DNA of 64,000 bases from Alphaproteobacteria bacterium (lineage in GTDB: Bacteria; Pseudomonadota; Alphaproteobacteria; GCA-2731375): contig CBDDPY010000002.1 of the NCBI GenBank assembly GCA_965232515.1, forward strand, positions 2,848,001-2,912,000. The letters are read 5' to 3'. The notes under the pieces were generated by a model, which was not told where the DNA came from, did no database searches, and saw nothing but the letters and a program-made list of their open reading frames with translations. Position numbers and translations under genes: made by a program. Each line of letters starts with the position of its first letter. Positions within the stretch are counted from its first letter, which is position 1. Positions 17,369 to 26,093 of this stretch are shown here, one piece after another.

Positions 17369-20300
17369 TTAAGCCGCTGCCGGTTGCGCCGACATGCCCG
17401 GCGAGCCGGTAGCCGGCACGGCCCGACGGTGCAGCAGCACGTAGACCGCAGGCACGAAGATCAGCGCCAGGATCATCGAGCCGCCGACCCCGCCGACCAG
17501 CACGATCGACAGCGACGGCCAGAAATCGCCGCCGACGATGATCAGCAATGGCAGGAACCCGCCGATGGTGGTGAACGTCGTCGACAGGATATGCCGCGTG
17601 GTGCCGACCACGGCTTCGACCATGGCCGTCGGCTCGGCCGCCGCCGCGTTGGGTTCGGCCCGGATCGCCGCCAGCACGACGATTGAGTTGTTGAAGGCAA
17701 GACCGATCAGGCCGAGCGTGCCCAAAATGGTGTTGAAGCTGATCGGGAACTGGATCAGCCATGTCGCCAGCAGCCCGAGTCCGACCGACAACGCGGCGAC
17801 CACGCTCAAAAGCGCCGCCAGCCGCACGCTGTTAAAGGTCAGGACCAGCGTCGCGATGGTGAGCGTCACCAATACAGGCACATAGATCACCAGGTTGCCC
17901 TTGGCCTCGGCGTCCTGCTCCGCGGCGCCGCCGCTTTCGATGCGATAGCCGGGCGGCAGCGCGAAGCCGCTCGCGGCCAGTCGTTCCTCGACCGCCCGGG
18001 TCACGTCGATCGGCAGGGCATCGTTGCTGGTATAGCCCTTGATGATGTTAGTGCGCTCGCCGTCGAACCGGGTAATGCCGCCGAGATCGGGCCTGAGGCC
18101 GATCTTGCCGATGGCAGCCAGCGGCACCCAACCGTCGCTGCCGGCACGGACGAATTGCGTGGAGGCGATGTCATCCAGGCTGGCGCGTTGCGACTGGCTG
18201 TAACGCACGCGCACGGGCATCTGTTCCAGATTCTCGATCACCGACCCGCCGACGCTGCCCTCGAGATTGCTTTGCAGCTGGCTGGCGACATCGTTAAGCG
18301 TCAGCCCGGCAAGACGCGCGGCGTCCTCGTCGGCCTCGAGCCAGAGCTTGGGCTCGCCGCGCGGCATGGTCGCCTGCGTATGCAGGGCATCCGGATGGGA
18401 CTGCAGCGCCAGCCGCACCTGCTCGCCCAGGTCCTGCAGCACCGGAATGCTGGGCCCGAACACCCGGTACTCGACGTCGGCGACGACCGGCGGCCCCTGG
18501 CCGAACTGCCGCACGACGATCTGAGCCTCGGGAAAGCGTCGATCGAGCTCGGCCTGCAACGGCGCGATCATCGCCTTGGCGTCCTCATTCGAAGTTGCCG
18601 TGACGATGGCCTGGGCGTAATGGCCGGCATTGTCCTGGTTCATGATCAGGTTGTAGTAGACCGTCGGAAAGCTGCCGCCGACCAGCCAGTAGACCCGCTT
18701 GGTGGCCGCGAACTCGCGGATTGCCGCCTCGATGCCGATCGCCTGCCGTTGCGTGTTGTCGATCGCCGAGTCGGACGGCAGCCAGACCTGGACCTGGAAC
18801 ATGTCGCGGTCGACCGGCGGAAAGAACTCGTTGCCGAGCGAACGTGCCGCGATGAAGCCACTCAAGGGCAGGAAGCTGGCAATCAGGATGGCGGCGACCG
18901 GCAGGCGCAGGCCCGCGAGCAGGCCACGGCGATAGAGACCGGTCAACCAGGCCGGGCCCAGACCGTCGCGCCAGAACCGTTTCTTGGCGCCGGGCGGCGT
19001 CGGCCGGGCGAACAGACCGGCGAGGCCGGCGGTGATAGTCATGGCGATGGCGAATGAGGCGATCAGCGCCATGATCACGCTGCCGCCGATCGAGCCGACG
19101 AAATCGCCCGGCCCGCCCGGCAGCAGCAGGATCGGCGCGAAGGCCAGCACGGTCGTCAATGTCGAGGCGAGGAGCGGCAGGAAGAGATGCCGGACGGCGC
19201 CGTCGACCGCGGCGAGCGCCGTCGCCCCCTTGGCCTTGCGCTTCGCGACCTCGTCCGCCATGACGATAGCGTTGTCGATCAACAGGCCGAGCGCGATGAT
19301 CATGCCGAAGATCGACATCTGGTGGATGGCGTTGCCGCCGATCTGCAGGCCGAACAGCACCGTGCCGATCACCAGCGGCAGAGCCAGCCCGACGATCAGC
19401 GCCAGCCGCCAGCCCATCATCAGGAAGACGACGGCGATCACCACGGCGGCGCCGGCCAGCAGATTGCCGACCAGTTCGCGCAGCAAACCGGTGGTGTATT
19501 GCTCCTGCTGAAAGATGCGGTCGATGGCGACGCCGCCGCCGACCTGGGCGGCGAAATCGTCGACCACGGCATCGGCCTCGGCGGTCCAGAGATCGACCCG
19601 CTTGCCCGTGCCCATGCGTACGGCGACCAACACGGACCGGCCGCCGTCGATCATGGCGATCTCGTTGGGCGGCGTGCGCCAGTCGCGGCGGATGTCGGCG
19701 ACATCGCCGAGGCGCACCATGGCCTGCGTATCGCCATCAGCCAACGGGACATCGGCGATGCGCTGCAGAGAGGTCAGTTCGCCACGCACCTCGAGCAGTA
19801 CATCCGAGCGCGCACCGCGCAGCACGCCGGCCGGCGTCTTCGAGTCCGCAGCGGCGATGCGGCGGGCCACGTCGTTCGCGTCTAGCCCAAGCTCGGCCAG
19901 CTCGTCGGAGTCGACCGTGACCGTGATCTCCTCGTCCGGCTCGCCGTAGAGCCGCACCAGTTCGGTGCCGTCGATATTGCGCAGGCGGTCGGAGAGGTCT
20001 TCCGCCAACCGGTTCAGAATGCCAAGGCCGGGCGCGCCGTCGGCCGTCCAGCGGACCGCGACGATCAGCGTGAAAGCGGCCGGATCGCGCTTGTCGTCGA
20101 TCACCGGCGCCAGGGCTTCGGGCGGCAGCTCCGGCAGCACCTCGCCGATCTCGTCGCGGATCTCGGCAAAGATTTCCGTGTTCTTCGACGACGTTATGGT
20201 TTCCTTGAGCTCGACCGAGATGATCGAGATGCCGGCGCGCGACGTGGACTCGATGTCCTTGATCGCGGCGACTTCCTGCAGCGATTCCTCCAGCACCTCG

Positions 20301-20509
20301 GTGACCAGCGTCTCGACCCGCTCGGCCGACGCGCCGGGAACCGCCGTGATGATGATCGGATTGCGGTTGACGATGCGCGGGTCTTCCAGCCGCGGCAGCG
20401 AGAACACGGCCGACAGACCGGCGACCAGGATGACAAGGATCGCCAGAACCAGCAAATGCCGGTTCCGGAACAGCAGGGTCGCGAGGCTACGTTCGGGATC
20501 CGACGTCAT
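17369..20509 (-). CDS. RND efflux transporter permease (AcrB/D/F family)
   Basis: 1046 aa; LPRLEDP, LGLLIDNAIVM, two TM bundles with large periplasmic loops. Confidence 0.93.
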   Translation of the reverse strand: MTSDPERSLATLLFRNRHLLVLAILVILVAGLSAVFSLPRLEDPRIVNRNPIIITAVPGASAERVETLVTEVLEESLQEVAAIKDIESTSRAGISIISVELKETITSSKNTEIFAEIRDEIGEVLPELPPEALAPVIDDKRDPAAFTLIVAVRWTADGAPGLGILNRLAEDLSDRLRNIDGTELVRLYGEPDEEITVTVDSDELAELGLDANDVARRIAAADSKTPAGVLRGARSDVLLEVRGELTSLQRIADVPLADGDTQAMVRLGDVADIRRDWRTPPNEIAMIDGGRSVLVAVRMGTGKRVDLWTAEADAVVDDFAAQVGGGVAIDRIFQQEQYTTGLLRELVGNLLAGAAVVIAVVFLMMGWRLALIVGLALPLVIGTVLFGLQIGGNAIHQMSIFGMIIALGLLIDNAIVMADEVAKRKAKGATALAAVDGAVRHLFLPLLASTLTTVLAFAPILLLPGGPGDFVGSIGGSVIMALIASFAIAMTITAGLAGLFARPTPPGAKKRFWRDGLGPAWLTGLYRRGLLAGLRLPVAAILIASFLPLSGFIAARSLGNEFFPPVDRDMFQVQVWLPSDSAIDNTQRQAIGIEAAIREFAATKRVYWLVGGSFPTVYYNLIMNQDNAGHYAQAIVTATSNEDAKAMIAPLQAELDRRFPEAQIVVRQFGQGPPVVADVEYRVFGPSIPVLQDLGEQVRLALQSHPDALHTQATMPRGEPKLWLEADEDAARLAGLTLNDVASQLQSNLEGSVGGSVIENLEQMPVRVRYSQSQRASLDDIASTQFVRAGSDGWVPLAAIGKIGLRPDLGGITRFDGERTNIIKGYTSNDALPIDVTRAVEERLAASGFALPPGYRIESGGAAEQDAEAKGNLVIYVPVLVTLTIATLVLTFNSVRLAALLSVVAALSVGLGLLATWLIQFPISFNTILGTLGLIGLAFNNSIVVLAAIRAEPNAAAAEPTAMVEAVVGTTRHILSTTFTTIGGFLPLLIIVGGDFWPSLSIVLVGGVGGSMILALIFVPAVYVLLHRRAVPATGSPGMSAQPAAA

Positions 20510-21672
20510 CGCGCGTCGCCCTCCAGCGCTGCGATCAAGGCGTCCGACGCCGGGGTGACCCGCACCCGCTGACCCGGCACCAGCCGATGCCGGCCACCGA
20601 CCACGACGCGCTCACCGTCGCTGAGCGTGCCGCGCACGAAGACCCGGTCCGCTTCCTGGTGCAGCAGCTCCAGCTCGCGGCGTTCGACAACCGCCGTGTC
20701 GCTGTTGGCGGCGTCGACGACATAAACCGCCCAGAGCCCGCGCACGCTTTCGGTCAGCGCCGTCAGCGGCAGCCAATAGCCGGGCTCGGTGACCGAACGG
20801 TCGATTTGCAGCCGCGCAAGGTCGCCGCGCCGGATCCCATTGAAGGGCGCCTGCAGCGTCAGCATCACATCGACGCTCCGCGTCGCGCGGTCGCGCACCG
20901 GCAGGACCGCGCGTACGACGGCCGGAACCTCGTTGCCGCGCACGTCGAGCGTGTGGGTCTGACCAACGGAGATGGCGGCGATGGCGTCGCCGGCGACGCC
21001 GATCCGAACCTCGGGATAGCTGTCCTCCAGCAGATCGACGATCGCGTGGCCGGTCGACACGACGGTGCCTTCATCGACGGCGCGGGCGGCGACGATGGCG
21101 TCGAACGGCGCCCGCAACGTCGATTTTTCGATATCCAGCGCCACGGCGGCGATGTCGGCGTCCACCTGCTGCAACCGGCCCAGCAACGCGGCCTCCTCGA
21201 ACCGCGCCTCGTCGAAGCGCTGGCGGGACGAGTGCCCCTGCTTGGTCAACATTTCCTGCCGGGCGCGGGTGGCGCGGGCCAGCTCGATATTGGCTTTAAG
21301 CTCGGTGCGCTGACCGACCAAGCGCTGCCGCCGCAACTCCAGTTGGTCCGTGTCGAGCCGGGCGATGACCTGGTCTTTGCGGATGACGTCGCCCTCGTCG
21401 ACGCGCACCTCGGTCACCAGCCCCGGCAGCTCGAACCCAACCCGGCTCTCGCGCCGCGCTTCGATGCGGCCGACGAAAGCGCGCGGCACGGCATAGCCGG
21501 GCACGAGCGTCGCCGGCATGACGGCAACGCTCAGGACGCGTTCCTCGGTTGCCGCGACCTCGTCGCTCGGCGCGGTCAGCCGCACCATGCCGCCAAGACC
21601 GACCAGCACGCCGCCGCCGACCAGGAGCGTCGCCAGGCTGCGCTTCAGACGACCCTTCGTGGATTGCCGCAT
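20506..21672 (-). CDS. RND efflux periplasmic adaptor (MFP)
   Basis: N-terminal TM, VGFELPG.V..V.VDEGD, LRAPFD, VVGGRHRLVPGQ; 4-bp overlap with permease. Confidence 0.92.
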   Translation of the reverse strand: MRQSTKGRLKRSLATLLVGGGVLVGLGGMVRLTAPSDEVAATEERVLSVAVMPATLVPGYAVPRAFVGRIEARRESRVGFELPGLVTEVRVDEGDVIRKDQVIARLDTDQLELRRQRLVGQRTELKANIELARATRARQEMLTKQGHSSRQRFDEARFEEAALLGRLQQVDADIAAVALDIEKSTLRAPFDAIVAARAVDEGTVVSTGHAIVDLLEDSYPEVRIGVAGDAIAAISVGQTHTLDVRGNEVPAVVRAVLPVRDRATRSVDVMLTLQAPFNGIRRGDLARLQIDRSVTEPGYWLPLTALTESVRGLWAVYVVDAANSDTAVVERRELELLHQEADRVFVRGTLSDGERVVVGGRHRLVPGQRVRVTPASDALIAALEGDAR

Positions 21673-21711
21673 ACCTACCCCTCCAACACCCGGACACCCG
21701 TGAATTCGAAG

Positions 21712-21727
21712 ACGTGCATATACACGT
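21712..21727. promoter_or_regulatory. MarR-type operator upstream of the RND operon
   Basis: ACGTGCATATACACGT, near-perfect palindrome; related copies at 22228-22243 and 48305-48320. Confidence 0.65.
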
Positions 21728-21767
21728 TATCTGGCAAAGTTTAGTACGCGGCTGGACATGATTTAGA

Positions 21768-22226
21768 TCACGCCACAGATGCGACAAGCGCCATATGGCG
21801 ATGAAAGCCGTCCCATGCCTCAGCGCCGAGCGACGACTTCAACTGCTGCTGCGCGCGGCGCCAGAGCGGCACGGCCTCGGCCAGGAGCCGCTCTCCTGCC
21901 GGCGTGATGTCGACATGGCGCGATCGGCGATATCCTTCCGCCGAGATCTTGATCAACCCCTGCCGCTCGAGCGGCCGCAAGTTCCGGCTGAGCGTGGTCC
22001 GATCCATGCCCAGATTTTCGGCGAGATCGGTCAGCGTCGCCGCGCCCTGCGCGTAAACGACCGCGGTCAGCAGAGTGAATTGGGTGGCCTTCAGCCCCGT
22101 CGGCTTGATGGCTTCCTCGTAGGCGCGGGTGATCAGTCGCGCCGTCTGCCGGGATTTGAAGCAGGCGCAATTCCCCGCCACTTCCCGCGACAGGGCCAGC
22201 GCCGATTTTGCAGATGTTTTGCCCAT
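21768..22226 (-). CDS. MarR-family regulator (N-terminal CxC)
   Basis: NCACFKSRQTARLITRAY, GLKATQFTLL, MDRTTLSRNLRPLE, PLWRRAQ. Start ATG 22226 preferred. Confidence 0.9.
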   Translation of the reverse strand: MGKTSAKSALALSREVAGNCACFKSRQTARLITRAYEEAIKPTGLKATQFTLLTAVVYAQGAATLTDLAENLGMDRTTLSRNLRPLERQGLIKISAEGYRRSRHVDITPAGERLLAEAVPLWRRAQQQLKSSLGAEAWDGFHRHMALVASVA

Positions 22227-22227
22227 G

Positions 22228-22243
22228 ACGTGCATATGCACTC
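22228..22243. promoter_or_regulatory. MarR autoregulatory operator
   Basis: ACGTGCATATGCACTC directly upstream of the marR start. Confidence 0.65.
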
Positions 22244-22263
22244 ATTTGGCATGAATTTCAAGC

Positions 22264-22307
22264 CGTCGCCCCGACCCGCCCTAGCTTGACGCCGGGTCGG
22301 GGCGACG
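22264..22307. repeat. 15-bp inverted repeat (hairpin or possible terminator)
   Basis: CGTCGCCCCGACCCG ... CGGGTCGGGGCGACG just after the stop of the 22318-23535 gene. Confidence 0.6.
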
Positions 22308-22317
22308 TTGGTGGTGC

Positions 22318-23535
22318 TCAGCTTCGATCCGCGGTCGGACTGGGGGTGGATTTGAAACGCGCCAGTTGCGCGCGCAAGTAGGCCAGCGCTGCATCGTTGC
22401 GGGTAAGCAGGTTGTCGATCGATCCTGCCTCGTGCCAACGATCGATCTGGGCGATGCCGAAGAACGGCGGCGGATCGCCGGGCGTGCGGGCGTTGCGCTC
22501 CAGCATCAGGGCATTGTCGGCGCGGGGATCGGCAACGGACAGCAGGCGCAGCTCCGCCGCGACCAGGAGGTGGGCCTTGATCTGCTCGTTCAGGCGCAGC
22601 AATTGCCGTTCACCGTCGGGCGCCGCCGCCGGCCCGTTGTTGAATATCTCGGCCAGCACGCGGCCGGCCCCCGGACCCGGATTGGGCGGCGTCACGCCCA
22701 GCGTCGCGGCGATGGTCGGCACGACGTCGATGATCTCGGCATAGGGAATCGTATAGCCCTGCCGCACGCCGGGCCCGTGGAAGATCATCGGCGTGCGCCA
22801 GCTCTGTTCATCCATGGGCAGATGCCAGCCGTGCCGGCCCTGTCCGTCGGCCATGAAGACGAAAAACGTCTCGTCCCAGCGGTCGAGCTCTTTCAGCCTG
22901 GCGATGAAACGGCCGAGCTGGCGGTCGGCCGCGCGCGCGGTTTCGGCATAGGGCGAGTCGGGATGCCAGATATCGGCCTGCCAGGCGGTACCGTCCGGCG
23001 CGTTGATGGTGCGATAACCGGCGCGCCCGGGATCCTGCAGCTGTATACGGAAGAAGGTGGGATCGTGCCGGTCAAGAAGGTCCAGCATGGCGTCGGTCAG
23101 CGCCGTGTCCGACGTGTCGAGCATCTCGACCAAGCTGAAGCCGCGGGTGATGGTGTCGTAGGCCTTGCTGCCGACCGCGACGGCCGTGGTGACCTTTCGC
23201 GGGAACTGGTGCTGCAGCATCGGCTGATCGGGCCTGAGGAACAAATTGCCCGCCATGGTCACGGGGTTCGGCAGCGAGGTCGAATGCATGCGGCCATAGC
23301 CGCCCGTGGTCGGATGCCAGGGAAACACCATCACGGCGTCGTCGACATCCGTGCCGCCGGCGCGCAGGGCCTTCAGGTTCGGCAGGTCGAGCCGGTCGAT
23401 GGCGTCGGGGTGCAGGCCGTCGAAATAGAACAGAACGGCCCGTTCGGCCCGCGGCGTGGCGGCCGCGATGTGGGCCGGGCCGGAGAGCCCGAGGGCAAGG
23501 ACGCCCAAGCCCAGGATTGTCGGCAGGGTGCGCAT
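22318..23535 (-). CDS. Exported alkaline-phosphatase-superfamily (NPP/phosphodiesterase-like) protein
   Basis: Signal peptide; FYFDGLHPD, STSLPN, FMADGQG, PMIFHGPGV, IIDVVPTIA. Confidence 0.75.
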   Translation of the reverse strand: MRTLPTILGLGVLALGLSGPAHIAAATPRAERAVLFYFDGLHPDAIDRLDLPNLKALRAGGTDVDDAVMVFPWHPTTGGYGRMHSTSLPNPVTMAGNLFLRPDQPMLQHQFPRKVTTAVAVGSKAYDTITRGFSLVEMLDTSDTALTDAMLDLLDRHDPTFFRIQLQDPGRAGYRTINAPDGTAWQADIWHPDSPYAETARAADRQLGRFIARLKELDRWDETFFVFMADGQGRHGWHLPMDEQSWRTPMIFHGPGVRQGYTIPYAEIIDVVPTIAATLGVTPPNPGPGAGRVLAEIFNNGPAAAPDGERQLLRLNEQIKAHLLVAAELRLLSVADPRADNALMLERNARTPGDPPPFFGIAQIDRWHEAGSIDNLLTRNDAALAYLRAQLARFKSTPSPTADRS

Positions 23536-23602
23536 CGTCGAAGTCCTTTGTCGAAGTTCGGGGTGCTTCAGACGTTGCGATCCGCCATGTCGCCTTCAAA
23601 TA

Positions 23603-23621
23603 TCAATCAGAGCTTTATTGA
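23603..23621. promoter_or_regulatory. LysR-type operator
   Basis: TCAAT-CAGAGCTTT-ATTGA dyad between the divergent phosphodiesterase and lysR genes. Confidence 0.5.
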
Positions 23622-23633
23622 GACTATGGCGAT

Positions 23634-24530
23634 ATGACGATCGAACTCCATCACCTCCGGCATTTCGCGGCCGTGGCCGACGAACTGCATTTCGGGCGCG
23701 CCGCGCAACGCCTTGGCATGACGCAACCACCGCTCAGCCAGTCGATCAAGCGGTTGGAAGCCGCGCTCGGCGTGACCCTGTTCGAACGCAGCCGCCGCAG
23801 GGTGGCGCTGACCGCCGCCGGCCGGGTGTTCCAGGCGGAGGCGGCGCGCACGCTCGCCCAAGCCGACGCGGCGATCCGGCTGACGCGGCGGGCCGCCTCG
23901 GAGGAAATCGCCGAGCTCCGCATCGGCTTCGTCAGCGCGGCGCTCTACCGGCTGCTGCCTGAGGTGCTGCGCCGGTTTCGGGAGCGATTTCCGGATGTCG
24001 AGATCCGCCTGGAGGAACAATCGACGGAGGCCCAACTCGACGGACTGCGCGACGGCAGCCTCGATATCGGTTTTGTTCACCCGCCCCTACGGAACGTGGA
24101 TGACCTGACGGTGGCAACCGTGAGTCGGGACCCGCTGATCGCCGCGGTTCCGGCGACGCACGCGCTGGCCGGCGCGGCGACGATCGAGCTCTCGGCTCTC
24201 GCCGACAGCGACTTCGTGCTCTTCCCCGCGCGCCAGGGCCCGGTTCTGCAAGGCCGCATCATCCAGGCCTGCCGCCGGGCGGGCTTCCTGCCGCGCATCG
24301 TGCAGGAGGCGCAGCGCATGCACACGATCCTCAGCCTGGTCGCGGCGGGTCTTGGGGTCTCGCTGGTGCCGGACGGCGCCCGCAGCCTGCGGCTCGACGG
24401 CGTCAGCTTTGTGCCGATCGACGGTTTGCCGAACGAATTGGCATGGGAGCTGGCAACGGTTCGTACACTGCGCCCGCCGCGGCGACATGAACGCGCGTTT
24501 ATCGCTATGATCCGTGCCATCGGGGATTGA
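23634..24530 (+). CDS. LysR-family regulator
   Basis: IELHHLRHFAAVADELHFGRAAQRLGMTQPPLSQSIKRLE HTH; LVAAGLGVSLVP. Confidence 0.95.
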   Translation: MTIELHHLRHFAAVADELHFGRAAQRLGMTQPPLSQSIKRLEAALGVTLFERSRRRVALTAAGRVFQAEAARTLAQADAAIRLTRRAASEEIAELRIGFVSAALYRLLPEVLRRFRERFPDVEIRLEEQSTEAQLDGLRDGSLDIGFVHPPLRNVDDLTVATVSRDPLIAAVPATHALAGAATIELSALADSDFVLFPARQGPVLQGRIIQACRRAGFLPRIVQEAQRMHTILSLVAAGLGVSLVPDGARSLRLDGVSFVPIDGLPNELAWELATVRTLRPPRRHERAFIAMIRAIGD

Positions 24531-24549
24531 TCTCTGCCAAGAGGAAGCC

Positions 24550-24960
24550 ATGACAACGAACAATGACAAGGCGAACGCGGCGGCGGCAGCGCAGGCGCAT
24601 TTTCACGACACCACGGGATACCTGCCGGAATCAATCCGGGTGTTGAGCGAACATGCGCCGCACGTGGTGGACGGTTATCTGGTGCTGCGGGAATACGTGC
24701 ATGCGGTGCCGCCCGACGGGCACCTCGACGTCAAGACGCGCGAGCTGCTGTTCACCGTGCTCGATGTCGTCGAGGGTCATGTCGATGGCGCCAAGGCGCA
24801 TGTCGAGGCGGGCCTGCGTGCCGGCCTGACCATCGGCGAACTGACCCAGGCGCTGACGATCGCCATGATGGTCTCGGGCATCCACACCTGGTCGATGTGG
24901 GGCCATCAGGTGGTCGACCACGCCGCTAAACTGGCGGCGGGCGGCGCATCTGAAGGCTAA
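24550..24960 (+). CDS. Carboxymuconolactone decarboxylase (CMD/AhpD-like) family protein
   Basis: GAGG RBS; LDVKTRELL, AKAHVEAGLRAGLTIGEL; no CxxC. Confidence 0.8.
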   Translation: MTTNNDKANAAAAAQAHFHDTTGYLPESIRVLSEHAPHVVDGYLVLREYVHAVPPDGHLDVKTRELLFTVLDVVEGHVDGAKAHVEAGLRAGLTIGELTQALTIAMMVSGIHTWSMWGHQVVDHAAKLAAGGASEG

Positions 24961-24963
24961 CGA

Positions 24964-25944
24964 TCAAGCCCGTTTGCGGAAGCGGCGGCGGGTCGGAAAG
25001 CTCTTCTTCGCCGCCGCGTAGCCGTCGATCGGCGGCGGCGAGGTCGGCGCCGGCATGCCGCGGGCGGTCGACTCGATCTTCTCGATGCGCTCCTGCGTGT
25101 CGGGGTGGGTCGAGAACAGCGAGTTCGTCGCCTCGGTCTCGCGCGGCGTCACCTGCAGCATGGTCTTGAAGAAGTTCGCGGCGCGGGACGGATCATGGCC
25201 GGTGCGGCCGAACACCGTCAGGATATGCTGGTCGGCCTCGCGCTCGGCGCCCCGCGAATAGCCCGATGTCACCATGTCGAACAGCGGGTCTTCCAGGGCG
25301 TCGATCAGCTTGTCGGTCATGTAGGCATCGCCGCTGCCCATCTCGGCCATGATGGCCTCGCGGCCGAGCGCGGTCAGGCCCTTGTTGAAGCTTTTCGAGC
25401 GCATCTGCTTGATGCCGTGGCTGAGCTCGGCATGGCCGATCTCGTGGCTGAGCACGGCGGCGAGTTCGGCCTCGTCGGCGGCGTAGCGCAGGACGCCCTT
25501 GTTGACGGCGATCTTGCCGCCGGGCAGCGCCCAGGCATTCAGCGTGTTGTCGTTGATCAGCACGACCTCCCACGGCAGCTTGCTCCGCCCCGAGGTGGCG
25601 ATCAGCGGGTCGGCGAAACGCCGCAGCCCGGCCTGCGCCTTGGCGTTGCCGTAGGCGCCGCCGGACTTGTCGACGAGGCGCCCGAACAGCTCGTTGCCGA
25701 TGCGGATCTCGTCGTCCTCGCCCAGGCTCAGGCCCTCGAACAGGTCCTGCGCGCCCTGCAGGATGCGGCCGAGATCGAGGTTCAGGCCGGATCCGGAATC
25801 ATTGTCCGAGCCGCCGAAGCCGAAGCGGAACTGCGCCAGCGCCGGCGCGGCGACGGCACTGGCGGCCACGCTCGAGAGGCCGGCGACCACGGCTCGGCGT
25901 CCGAATTGTCGCTTCGAAGCCTTTGGCCTTGATGTATCCGACAT
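24964..25944 (-). CDS. M48 zinc metallopeptidase with Tat signal
   Basis: FGRRAVVAGL twin-Arg leader; NAWALPGG, HEIGH, YSRGAEREAD, FSTHP...RI. Confidence 0.9.
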   Translation of the reverse strand: MSDTSRPKASKRQFGRRAVVAGLSSVAASAVAAPALAQFRFGFGGSDNDSGSGLNLDLGRILQGAQDLFEGLSLGEDDEIRIGNELFGRLVDKSGGAYGNAKAQAGLRRFADPLIATSGRSKLPWEVVLINDNTLNAWALPGGKIAVNKGVLRYAADEAELAAVLSHEIGHAELSHGIKQMRSKSFNKGLTALGREAIMAEMGSGDAYMTDKLIDALEDPLFDMVTSGYSRGAEREADQHILTVFGRTGHDPSRAANFFKTMLQVTPRETEATNSLFSTHPDTQERIEKIESTARGMPAPTSPPPIDGYAAAKKSFPTRRRFRKRA

Positions 25945-25993
25945 ATCGATCCTCCTTCTGAGATCGTAAATCTACTGGCCCATAGGGCCTGTA

Positions 25994-26076
25994 CTCGACC
26001 CGTCCCACTCCCCCACCCGACCACCCACGGAAGTATGCTTGATGGGTGGTCGGGTGGGGGAGTGGGACGGGTCGAG
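25994..26076. repeat. Perfect 34-bp inverted repeat with 15-nt spacer (MITE/REP-like)
   Basis: CTCGACCCGTCCCACTCCCCCACCCGACCACCCA (25994-26027) and its exact reverse complement (26043-26076). Confidence 0.9.
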
Positions 26077-26093
26077 CTCTTTGCCCATTGGCA

